From Chiloscyllium plagiosum (lineage: Eukaryota), in NCBI RefSeq assembly GCF_004010195.1, contig NC_057719.1:30501054-30565053 (forward strand): a DNA stretch of 64,000 nucleotides, in the 5' to 3' direction. Shown piece by piece: positions 24,103 through 35,260 of the stretch. The stretch's first letter is position 1; every line of letters begins with the position of its first letter. Position numbers and translations under genes: made by a program. The notes under the pieces were generated by a model. The model did no database searches. It was not told the origin of the DNA and saw nothing but the letters and a program-made list of their open reading frames with translations.

Positions 24103-25596
24103 GGAGAAAGTGAGGCCTGCAGATGCTGGAGATCAGAGCTGAAAAATGTGTTGCTGGAAAAGTGCAGCAGGCCAGGCAGCATCCAAGGAGCAGGAGAATC
24201 GACATTTCGGGCATAAGTCCTTCTTCAGGAATGAGGAAGGTGTGCTAAGATAAAAGGTAGGGAGGAGGGATTGGGGGAGGGGCGTTGGGAATGCGACTGG
24301 TGGAAGGAGGTTAAGGTGAGGGTGATAGGCCGGAGAGGGGGTGGGGGCGGAGAGGTCGGGAAGAAGATTGCAGGTCAAGAAGGCGGTGCTGAGTCCGAGG
24401 GTTGGGACTGAGATAAGGTCGGGGGAGGGGAAATGAGGAAGCTGGAGAAATCTGCATTCATCCNNNNNNNNNNNNNNNNNNNNNNNNNNNNNNNNNNNNN
24501 NNNNNNNNNNNNNNNNNNNNNNNNNNNNNNNNNNNNNNNNNNNNNNNNNNNNNNNNNNNNNNNNNNNNNNNNNNNNNNNNNNNNNNNNNNNNNNNNNNNN
24601 NNNNNNNNNNNNNNNNNNNNNNNNNNNNNNNNNNNNNNNNNNNNNNNNNNNNNNNNNNNNNNNNNNTTTTGGAACGCTGATAGGGGAGGGGAGGGGAGGG
24701 AAATATATCCTTGGTGGTGGGGTCTGTTTGGAGGTGGTGGAACTGACGAAGGATGATACGATGTATCTGGAGGTTGGTGGGGTGGTAGGTGAGGACCAGT
24801 GGGGTTCTGTCCTGTTGGCGATTGGAGAGGCGGGGTTCAAGGGCGGAGGAGCGGGAAGTGGAGGAGATGCGGTGAAGAGCACCGTCAACCACGGCTGAGG
24901 GGAAATTGCGGTCTTTGAAGAAGGAGGCCATCTGGGTTGTTCGGTATTAGAATTGGTCCTCCTGGGAGCAGATGCGGCGGAGGCGAAGGAATTGGGAATA
25001 TTGGATGGCATTTTTACAGGTGGCAGGGTGGGAGGAGGTGTAATCTAGATAGCTGTGGGAGTCGGTTTATAGCAAATGTCCGTGTTGAGTCGGTCGCCCG
25101 AGATAGAAATGGAGAGGTCTAGGAAGGGAAGGGAGGAGTCTGAGATGGTCCAGGTAAATTTGAGGTCGGGGTGGAAGGTGTTAGTAAAGTGAATGAACTG
25201 TTCAACCTCCTCGTGGGAGCACGATGTAGCACCGATACAGTCATCAATGTAGCGGAGGAAAAGGTGCAGGGTGCTGCCAGTGTAGCTGTGGAAGATGGAC
25301 TGTTCCACATATCCGACGCAGGCATATCTGCCCCTGGCTACTCCTTTGGTTTGGAGGAAGTGGGAGGATTGGAAAGAGAAGTTGTTCAGAGTGAGGACCA
25401 GTTCAGTCAGTTGAAGGAGGGTGTCAGTGGAAGGGTACTGGTTGGGTCAGCAGGAAAGGAAGAAGCGGAGGGCTTTGAGGCCTTCGTGATGGGGGATGGA
25501 AGTGTATAGGGACTGGATATTCATGGTGAAGATAAGGCGTTGGGAGCTGGGGAAGGGAAAATGAAGATAAGGCGTTGGAAGCCAGGGAAGTGAAAA
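24103..25596 (-). mobile_element. Penelope-like element (RT and 3' pLTR with hammerhead motif) inserted into an old CR1; N-gap at 24464-24666
   Basis: FLRYIDDCIG...NTFHPDLKFT...LPFLDL...YKPT; PLVLTYHP; minus-strand CTGAAGA-A-GGAC-TTAT-GCCC-GAAATGTC at 24228-24201. Confidence 0.9.
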
Positions 25597-26375
25597 TAAC
25601 AATTGCCAAGTTGGTGGAGAAGACAGATGGATGGCAGATAAGGTTCAATGCAGAGAAGTGTGACGTAATACACTTTGTTAGGAAGAACATTGAAAGATCT
25701 AGATGTATCTGTGTATAGATCATTGAAGGTGGCAAGATAGGTGGGACAGCAGTTGATATATCATACAGTATCCTTGACTTTATTAATAGGTGTGTAGAGT
25801 ACAAGAGAAAGGAGGTAAAGTTGAATTTGTATAAGACAGTTGTCAGACACCAGCTGGAGTATTGTGTATAGTTGTGGGCACCATATTATAGGAAAGATCT
25901 GAATGCATTGGAGAGAGAGCAGAAGCGATTTACAAGAATGGTTCCAGGAATGAGAAACTTCAGTTATGAGAATACATTCAAGAAGTTGCAACTGTTCTAC
26001 TTGGAGAGAAGACTGAGAGGAGATTTAGTAGAGATTTTCAAAATCAATGGAGAGCTAGATAAAGTAGATAGGGTGAAATTGTTCCTGCTTGTAAAGGGAA
26101 CAAGAACAAGAGGGCATAGATTTAAAGTGATGCACAATAGAAACAGTGCAGTGTGAGAAAAATCTTTCCTACTCCACAAGTAGTTAAGATACAGCTAAGT
26201 GTGGTAGAGACAGGTTCAATTGAGGCATACAAGAGAGCATTGCATGATTATTTGATAGAAATAGTGCACAAGGGATGTGTGGAAAAAGCAGGAGATCGAT
26301 GGTTATTTGAAGAGCTGGTGCAAACATGATTGGCCAAATGGCATTCTTTTGTGCCGTAACAATGTTATGATTCTT
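25597..26375 (+). mobile_element. Old CR1 3' part; its upstream piece is at ~24035-24100
   Basis: ADDTKLG at 24039; LEYCV.LWAPYYRKD...RRLRGDL. Confidence 0.8.
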
Positions 26376-26540
26376 TTCAACTTTCAGAAAGATCGCTGAA
26401 ATTGAGTCAAACAGAAACTGGAAAAAGACAACAACAGTTTGTACATTCACAGAATCTCACTGTACAGTAGGCCATTTGGCAGCAAGTTAGTTTCAGTGTT
26501 CCTTCCCCATAACCCTGTGCTTGTTCCCTTTCAACTTTCG

Positions 26541-29006
26541 TAGGGGAGACGATGGCCTAGTGGTATTAACGCTCGACTAATAATCCAGAAACCCAGAATA
26601 ATGTTCTGGGGACCTGAGTTCGAATCCTGCCACAACAGATGGTGAAATTTTAATTCAATAAAAAAAATCTGGAATTAAGGGTCAATTGATGACGATGAAA
26701 CCATTGTCAGTGCTTGGAAAAAATCCATCTGGTTCACAGATGTCCTTTAGGGAAGGAAATCTGCCATCCTTATGTGACTCCAGAGCCACAGCAATATGGT
26801 TGACTCTCAATTGCCCTCGGAAATGACCTAGCAAGCCACTCAGTTGTGTCAATCGCTATAAGTCACAACAAAGACATGAAACCAGACAGATCACCCAGCA
26901 TCGACCTTGGAACCAGAAAAGACAATGACAAAAACACAGACAGTCCTGTCGACCATGCAAAGTCCTCCTTACCAACATCTGGGGGCTAGTGCCGAAATTG
27001 GGAAAGCTGTCTCACAGACTAGTCAAGCAACAGCCTGACATAGTAATTCTTACAGAATCACACCTTACAGATAACGCTTTAGACACCACCATTACCATCT
27101 CTGGATATGTCTGCCCCACCGTCAGGACCGACCCAGCAGGGTGGCAGCATAGTGGTACACAGTTGGGATGGAGTTGTCTTGGGAGTCCTTGACATCGACT
27201 TTGGACTCTATGAAGTCTCATGGCTTCAGGTTAAATTTGGGCAAGGAAACCTCTTACTGGTTACCACGTACTATCCTCCATTGGCTGATGAATCAGTACT
27301 CTTCTGTGGTGAACAACACCTGGATGAAGCACTGAAGGTGGTAAGGGTGCAAAATGTACTCTGGGTGGGGGATTTCAATGGCCACTATCAAGAGTGCTTG
27401 GCAGCAGCATTACTAATCGAGTTGGTCGGGTCCTAAAGGATATAACTACTAGACTGGGTCTGCAGCAGGTAGTGAAGGAACCAACAAGAGGAAAAAACAT
27501 TCTTAACATCATCCTTACTAAACTGCCAACTGCAGAAGCATCTGTCCATGACCGTGTAGGTAAAAGTGATCACCGCACTGCCTTGTGGAGACAAAATCCC
27601 GCTTTCACATTGAGAATAACCTCCATTGTGTTGTGTGGCACTATCACCGTATGCTAAATGGGACCAGACTTTGAACAGGTTTAGCACCTCAAGACTGGGC
27701 ATCCATGAGGCGCTGTGGGCCATGAGCAGCAGCAGAACTGTACTCCAGCACAATCTGCAAACTAAATGCTTGGCATGCCCCCCACCCCACACTCAACCAT
27801 TACCATTAAGCTAGGGGATCAACGCTGGTTCAATGGAGGGTGCAGGAGGAGGTGTCAACCTTGTAAAGCTAACAGGGCTACTTGCGTGCCAAATGGCATA
27901 AACAGCACACACTTTCAGTACTATTGCCAGAATGTTGTTAGGGCTCATTGACTTTGCAGTATCCAGTGCCTCCAGCTGTTTCTTCATATAACTTGGAGTG
28001 AATTGAATTGGCTGGAGACTGGTATCTGTAAAGCTGGGGACCCTTGGAGGAGCCAGAGATGGATCATTCACTCGACACTTCTGACTGAAGATTGTTGTTA
28101 ATGCATTAGCCTTATCTTTTACACTGATTAGATTACTTACAGCATGGAAACAGGCCCTTCGGCCCAATAAGCCCACACCGCCCCGCCGAAGCGCAACTCA
28201 CCCATACCCCTACATTTACCCCTTACCTAACACTACGGGCAATTTAGCATGGCCAATTCACCTGACCTGCACATCTTTGGACTGTGGGAGGAAACCAGAG
28301 CACCCGGAGGAAACCCACGCAAACACGGGGAGAACATGCAAACTCCACACAGTCAGTCGCCTGATGTACTGGGCTCCTCCTTCATTGAAGATGGGGATAT
28401 TTGTGGAGCAACTTCCTCCAGTGAGTTGTTTAAATGTCCACCACCATTCACCATTGGATGTGGAAGAACTGCAGAGCTTAGATCAGATCCGTTGGTTGTG
28501 GGATTGCTTAGCTCTATCATTTGCTGTTTATTCACTTGTCTGGATGGGTGCAGCTCCATCAACACTCAAGAAGCTTGACACCATCCAGGACAAAGCAATC
28601 CTTTTGATAGGTACCATATCAACAAACATTCAATCCCTCCACCACCGCTAAGTCGCAGCAGTGTGCACTATCTACAAGATGCACTACAGAAATTCCCCAA
28701 AGATCCTTAGACAGCACTTTCCAAACCACAACCACATGCATCTAGAAGGACAAGGGCAGCAAGTACTTGGGAACATCACCACCTGCAAGTTTCCCTCCAA
28801 ATCACTCACCACTCTGACTTGAAAATATACCTCTGTTCTTTCAAAGTCATTAGGTCAAAATGCTGGAACTCTCTCCTTACTGGCATTGTGGGTCAACCCG
28901 CAGAAGTGGAGGCAGCTCACCACCACCTTCCCAAGGACAAATAGGGAAGGGCTATCAAGGCTAGCCAGCTAGAGACGCCCAAGTCCCACAAATGAATAAA
29001 AAAAAG
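26541..29006 (+). mobile_element. L2/CR1-group LINE with a tRNA-derived SINE-like head, APE ORF, internal inversion and 3' tail
   Basis: A-box TGGCCTAGTGG at 26553, B-box GTTCGAATCC at 26618, Deu-SINE-like body to ~26845. APE TNIWGL...QQPDIVILTESHL...WVGDFN...PTRGKNIL...SDH. Inverted segment ~27912-28530. Tail aatgaataaaaaaaa. Confidence 0.8.
28129..28360 (-). mobile_element. HE1/V-SINE, head-truncated, flanked by CTGAT
   Basis: gggcaatttagcatggccaattcacctgacctgcacatctttggactgtggg core; CTGAT at 28124-28128 and 28361-28365. Confidence 0.85.
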
Positions 29007-29389
29007 CTACCATTGAATCTGCTTCCACCACGTTTTTATCCATTCCAGATCATAACAACTTAGTGAATAAAAAGATTTCTCTTTATCTTTCCCCAACATT
29101 TTCATAATTGCATTGTTTCTTTTTTCAAGAGATGTGAGGGGCTATGGCATTTATTGCCCATCTTTAATCACACTTGAGAAAGTGCTGATGAGCCACATTC
29201 TTGAATTGCTGTGGTCCATTTGACACAGGTGTACTCATAATGATGTTAGGATGACAGTTCCACACTTTTGACCCAGGGACACTAAACAAATAATTATATA
29301 TTTCATATGGAAACAGGAATATAGAAATAAGAACATGCCATTCAGCCCATTGAGCCTTCCCTACCACACAATTAGATTACGACTGTTGT

Positions 29390-29980
29390 AGTCATAGAAT
29401 CATAGAGATGTACTGCACGGAAATAGATCCTTCGGTCCCACTCGTCCATGCCGACCAGATATCCCAACTCAAACTAGTCCCACCTGCCAGCACCCGGCCT
29501 ATATCCCTCCAGACCCTTCCTATTCATATAACCATCCAGATGCCTTTAAAATGTTGCAATTTTACTAGTCTCCATCACTTACTCTGGCGGCTCATTCCAT
29601 ACATGCACCACCCACTGCATGAAAATGTTGCCCCCTAGGTCTTTTTTATATTTTTACCCTCTCACCCTAATCCTATGCCCTCTAGTTCTGGACTCACCCA
29701 TCCCAGAGAAAAGACCTTGTCTATTTACCCTATCCATGCCCCTCATGATTTAATAAGCCTCTATAAGGTCACCCTTAGCCTCTGACGCTCCAGGAAAAAC
29801 AGCCCTAGCCTCTTCAACCTCTCCCTATAGCTCAAAACCTCCAATCCTGGCAATATCTTTGTAAATCTTTTCTGAACCCTTTCAAGTTTCACAACACCCT
29901 TCCGATAGGAAGGAGACCAGAACAGCATGCAATATTCCAAAAGTGGTCTAACTAATGTCCTGTACAGCTGCAGCATGTTC
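29390..29980 (-). mobile_element. Young CR1 3' fragment (same subfamily as 986-1587) nested in an older CR1 (~29305-30705)
   Basis: MLQLYRTLVRPLLEYCM; tail tcatagaatcatagag. Confidence 0.85.
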
Positions 29981-30396
29981 TTCTAACTCAATGCCATTTT
30001 CCTGCACTATCTCAATGTCCCTTAATATTATTTGTCTCCAGAAATTCATTAATTTCTGTCATAAGCACAATCAATGATTATGCTCTCTGGGGTAGATAAT
30101 TCCAAAGATTCACCAGCCTCTAAATGAAGAAACTCCAATTCATCTCAGTCTTAAATGGTCTGTCCCTTATCCTGAGATTATGTCACCTGATTCTAGAGTG
30201 CAGCCAGGGGAAACATCCTACCTATATAGACCTTGTCATGCTCTAAGAATTTTACAAATTTCATTGAGGTCACCTCTCATTCTTTGAAACTCAAGGAAAC
30301 ACAGACCCGGTTTCCGCAATCTCTCCTCATATGACAAGCCCACCAATCCAAGAATCAATCCGATGAATCTGCCTCTATGTCAAGTATATCCTTCCT

Positions 30397-30510
30397 TGTA
30401 TTATATGGCGCAATAGCAATGTCTGTTCCTCTGGGTAGAAGGTCTAGATTCAATTCCCACCTGACACAGGTGTGTGTCATAACATGTCCAATCACGTTGA
30501 TTAAAATAAT
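30397..30510 (+). mobile_element. Short tRNA-derived SINE inside an old CR1
   Basis: tggcgcaatag A-box-like and gattcaattccc B-box-like motifs; imperfect TSD TATCCTT(A)CCT at 30387 and 30511. Confidence 0.55.
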
Positions 30511-31149
30511 TATCCTTACCTAGATAGGGAGAGCAAAACTGCACACAATACTCCAGGTGTGGTCTCACCAAGGCACTATACAACTGCAACAAGAGATTTT
30601 TACTTTAGTATTCAAATTCTCTTGAAAGAATGCCAACGAATCTTTTGTCTTCGTAACTGCTCTAACCTTTAGTGACTCATAGACCAAGATACTCAGATCC
30701 CTTTGGACAGTTAGGTTAGGATGGTGTATGATTTGGAAGGATGTCGTAGGGGTGGGTTAGGGGACAATGATCTTACTGCACTTAAAATCTCATATGGTAT
30801 TTGCACAGCATGGCTTATGTCGGATACACCGAATAAGGTTCCCTACATTAAAGGATGTGATAGAGGCCATCCATAGTCCTCCCGTCACAGTCCTCAATGT
30901 CCCACTGTATGAGGGACTCTATTAAACCGTCATTTGTGTGTGATACAAATGTTGACTGCTGACATTACTAAGCACCTGTTCCTGATATTTCCTACACAAG
31001 TTCCTTGGAACTGTGACCAATAGGTCTAGCATTAGTAGAGATCATTGTCACTGTAACCAAGGTGCTACAAAGGTGCACAGAAATTGAGAAGGAATATATG
31101 CACCCTGGAATCATACCAACCTCCAACAGTTGCCAAACAGTCTCCATGT

Positions 31150-31420
31150 CAAGATGTTGCAACTGAAGGTGCCCTCAGGACAGAAAGAAGGGATAGGAGA
31201 CTCAATGTATTGTCTTCGATGCAGTTTCTCTAGATGAGGTTCATTGCTGCCACAGACTGAGGATATCACAGGATGGTGTCGCAGATCCATGGCAGTTGCT
31301 GAAGAGCTGGATGGCCACTGTCTTGATGGCATCAAGGTGACAGCTGCACTAAATCTTTATGCAACTGGCTGCTTTATATGATCAGCCGGGGACCTATGGA
31401 AGGTCGTTCAATCCTCAATA
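31150..31420 (+). mobile_element. Harbinger (HARBI1-like) transposase remnant
   Basis: KVTAALNLYATGCFI*SAGDL..VQSS (31334-31416) resembles the Harbinger motif LAALxFYxxGSFQxxxGDxxGISQ. Confidence 0.65.
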
Positions 31421-32754
31421 TTTTTGCCAGAACAGTGGATAAAATGTCATAGTAGAGATTGCCAGTGAAAGAAGATTTTGTTAAAGAGGTACTTATGTGA
31501 TAAAGATTAATACAGATAAAGAAGGATTGTGAAAAAACAAGTTGGATGCAATTAATTAATGTACATCAGAGGATTAATCATATATCCTGGAGTTTCTTTG
31601 GTGTGAGGTTTGATGTTGGTGGTGATGGGGTGAAATGGAATGGATAATATACAGGGAAAAACCCGCACAGCCTTCGTTAAGAGATTATGGATTGAATTTG
31701 AATTTTTAATAAAAGAGTGGGTTTGGTAGAATGGGGATTCAGGTTTCATGACTTGATTTCCTCATCGAAGCCTGCCGATTCTGTCTTTACCCCAGAAACT
31801 TGGTTGGTAATTAACTTGATTCAGCGAAGTAGATTGCAACTTCACATATAATAAGACTGTAAGCTACAAGTGTGAGGCCATGCTCAGTGCATCATGCAAT
31901 AAACAGTTCTCAGTACAAATAGCATACAGTAACATTAAAAATATAGCACTTCAACAGCAGTGACATATTTGCCCATTATCCATAATATGAAAAAGAGCAG
32001 TTGTTCCTCTTGTAGCAACATTTGTTGTAAAACCAACAGTTAACATAGTTGCTTACTTATTAAATAGCCACTTCCGATGAAAAGGAAGGCATTGACTAAG
32101 GGATGGATTACACAGTCACAGTTGGGAGTGTTTGTGGCAGTAGCAGCAAGTAAAATACATCTGACTGTTAGTCCATTGCTCACCCTGGTACCCAAAGTCA
32201 CGGGAGAGTTTGGAACTTAATCCTACTCCCTCCCCTACTTGAATTCAGCCACAAAGCTTTATGCAATTTCAAATATCATGCATTATCATAAGTATTAAAT
32301 GATAGTGAGAGATTATAGAAATGGAGGTTGCATTCAATGGAAGTTAGTAGGTTAAGGTGTGATTTGATCAAAGATTTCGAAATATTAACAAGACAAGATA
32401 TAACAGACACAGGAACAATTTCCAGTACTGCAGTTAGAGAATCTATCAGCATGGCAAATAGTCTAAAAAGTTAGAGCTAGACTTTTTGGGAATGAAATTG
32501 GAGAACAATTCTTCATGCATAGGCTGATAGAGGTTTAGATCCTGTGTTCTTAATTTCCTAATATTGTGTAAGGTTTAATTTGAATTTATTAGAGACAAAA
32601 ATAACTGAAATTGGCATTTAAATTTGCTTAATTATTCCTGTACTGAGTAGGGTGCCTTGATCACTCTCTAGGAAATACAATGGTTCTTACAAACACTTTG
32701 AATGGTTTGTGAGGTGCATTCCACAAAACACAATGGCAGAAACAACTTATGGTA

Positions 32755-33990
32755 TGTTATGGTTCGAGCTGATGGTACTAGTGGTCAAGTCAGAACCCAA
32801 AGTAAAACCAAATCAAATCTTTTGCTTTTGTTTAATTAATTAGCATGGCGATTAGTCATTGAAACATATTCACACTGGACTCCAGAAATTCTTTCACAAC
32901 AGCACAGACGTTTATTACACAAAAGAAAAAAGAACAAATGATATAAATACAGACGTTAGTTGAAATTATATTAAAACACGCAAAACAAATGTATTTCCAA
33001 ACATGATGCAATATAGAGACTCAAAAAAATTACATCTCTATCTCAAATATAAGTTTCCACTGACTTATTATCGCTTCTTTGAAATGGACTGTGGAGACAA
33101 TCTGATGAGACCTTCCCAAGTCTGCTAGCATGAACTTTTCAGAAATCTGAGCACCTAAACTTTCTCAGTTTCTCATAACCTGTAGATTTCTAACCAAACA
33201 CTTCTAGTTCAGAAACTTCACAAATCAGCCCTTGCCTGAGGTAACTGGTTCCCTGATCTGCCCAGTACTTCTCCCACAGAGAAAGTAAACTTGCTTCTGA
33301 ACTCGACTCTGGTATTTTCTAAACTGAATTGAAAAGTTTGCTCTATCCTAGATTCTTCTCAACTGAAAACAAAGCAAATGATCTCTAGCTAACACAAACC
33401 AACATGTTTCCATTAGTATCACAGGGGTCTGCAGTCATTACCTTTTTAACAAAGGCAGGTTTAGATCACTATTCTGAAAAGATTTTCTGACTTTTTTTTA
33501 ATCTGTATCTATTTTGAAACCAAATTCAAAAACTGCAATTAGTATATATAAATTACGCATTTTTATCACAAATGCCTTTGGCATACTAGACCATAATTCA
33601 TGTTCTCTATCAGATGTTCCTACGAGATGCAATGTTTTGTGACCAGCAAAAAGAGAATTTAAAAAATCTAACATATTCTGGTACAAATATGTTATAACTT
33701 TGAAGGGGCTCACTTTCAAGGTAGAAGCACATGAAAGGGTGCATTTTCCTCACTACTAAAACCTCTGACTTTACGAGCAATAGGTCAGGAAATCAATGAA
33801 ATTATCTTTACAGGTTACTCCCAGAAAGAGTTAATTAAAAGTCAAGCCACAATTTGGTATTCAACGAGCTAAACTGAAGTTTTGCATGTATGGTGATTTT
33901 TACTTATAAAGTAAATCAGTTTTATTGGAAATCATACAGACAGGAGAATTCTTTTAAGAATTCCAGGTTCACACATGTATCTTTATGACA
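32755..33990. repeat. Probable solo LTR (TG...CA), homologous to 17430-18184
   Basis: Begins tgttat, ends atgaca, with internal homology to the 17.4-18.2 kb copy. No TSD seen. Confidence 0.45.
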
Positions 33991-34363
33991 GCAAAGGTAA
34001 CAGCAAATTTTCACATACAAAAAAATTAAAACATTAATATAAAATTTGAATATGTTGATGCACAAAACTGAAATGTAGGTGATCAGGTTTACTTTATTTG
34101 AGATGCATATTTCCTATCATATTTTTGTCAAGAGATATTTATCATTATTTACTTTTGAGGAATTATATTGGTTGTAAGTGTGTGAAGGACCAGTTCATAA
34201 TTAAAAAGAGGAATGCCTACTTACTTCTTTTGAGATCTTAACTTAGAGAGAAACTATTATAAAAATAATTCAGCTGTCATCCATCCTTCAAAGTCTGGAA
34301 ATAGGATTAACATTATCATAACCAAGCATAAATATTTAATGAAATCTTATTCAGTTGTCATGT

Positions 34364-35260
34364 TGGGGCAGCATGGTGGCTTAGTATTTAGCACTGCTGC
34401 CTCACAGCTCTCAGGACCTGGGTTCGAATTCCACCTAGGGTGACTGCTTGTTTGGAGTTTGCACATTCACCCAGTGTCTGTGTGGGTTTCCTCCAGATGC
34501 TCTGGTTTCCTCCCACAGTCCACTGGTTACAAAGGCACAACAATATCTCTTCTTCCTCAGGCAGCTGTGGAAATTTGGCATGACAGCGAATACTCTTGCC
34601 AACCTTTATAGGTGCACCATTGAGAACATTCTGTCTGGATGTATCACTACCTGATATGACAGCTGTACCATTCAAGATCGGAGACGGTTACAGAGAGTGG
34701 TGAACTCTGCCCGGACAATCACAAAGGCCAACCTCCCATCTATCGAATCCATCTACCAGGCCCGCTGTCAAGGAAAGGCCACCAGCATTCTCAAAGATCC
34801 TTCCCATCCTGACAATGTTTTTCTACAACCTCTACCATCAAGGAGAAGGTACAGAAGCCTGAACACACACACACACCAGCTGGTCTCGAAACAGTTTCTA
34901 CCCTACTGTTGTTAGAATACTGAATGGACTCAAACTCTTAATATTCGCCTGTATCCATGTTTTTGGTTTTGCCGCTGCTTATCCATTTACTTATCTATGC
35001 TACTTAACTCTGTGATCTGCCTGTATTGCTTGCAAGACAAAGCTTTTCACTGTACTTTGGTACACGTGACAATAAATTCAATTCATGTGTAGGTTTGGTG
35101 GATTGGCCATGGTAAATTGCCCCAGAGTTTCCAGGGATGTGCAAGCTATGTGGATTAGCTATGGGAAATGCATGGTTACAGGGGGATGGGCTGCTCTTTG
35201 GAGGATCGGTGTGGACGATGGGCCGAATGGCCTGCGTTCACACTGTAGGGATTCTATGAT
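34364..35260 (+). mobile_element. HE1/V-SINE split by a Rex-Babar LINE 3' fragment (~34522-35085)
   Basis: SINE head ggggcagcatggtggct...gggttcgaattcc ends at cccacagtcca and resumes at atgtgtaggtt. The insert encodes KAQQYLFFLRQL.KFG...YRCTIENILSGCIT and ends aataaattcaattca. Confidence 0.85.

Noticed and set aside
26541..26630. Functional tRNA gene
   Set aside because: A and B boxes are present, but there is no cloverleaf and the sequence continues into a SINE body. The same applies to the HE1 heads.
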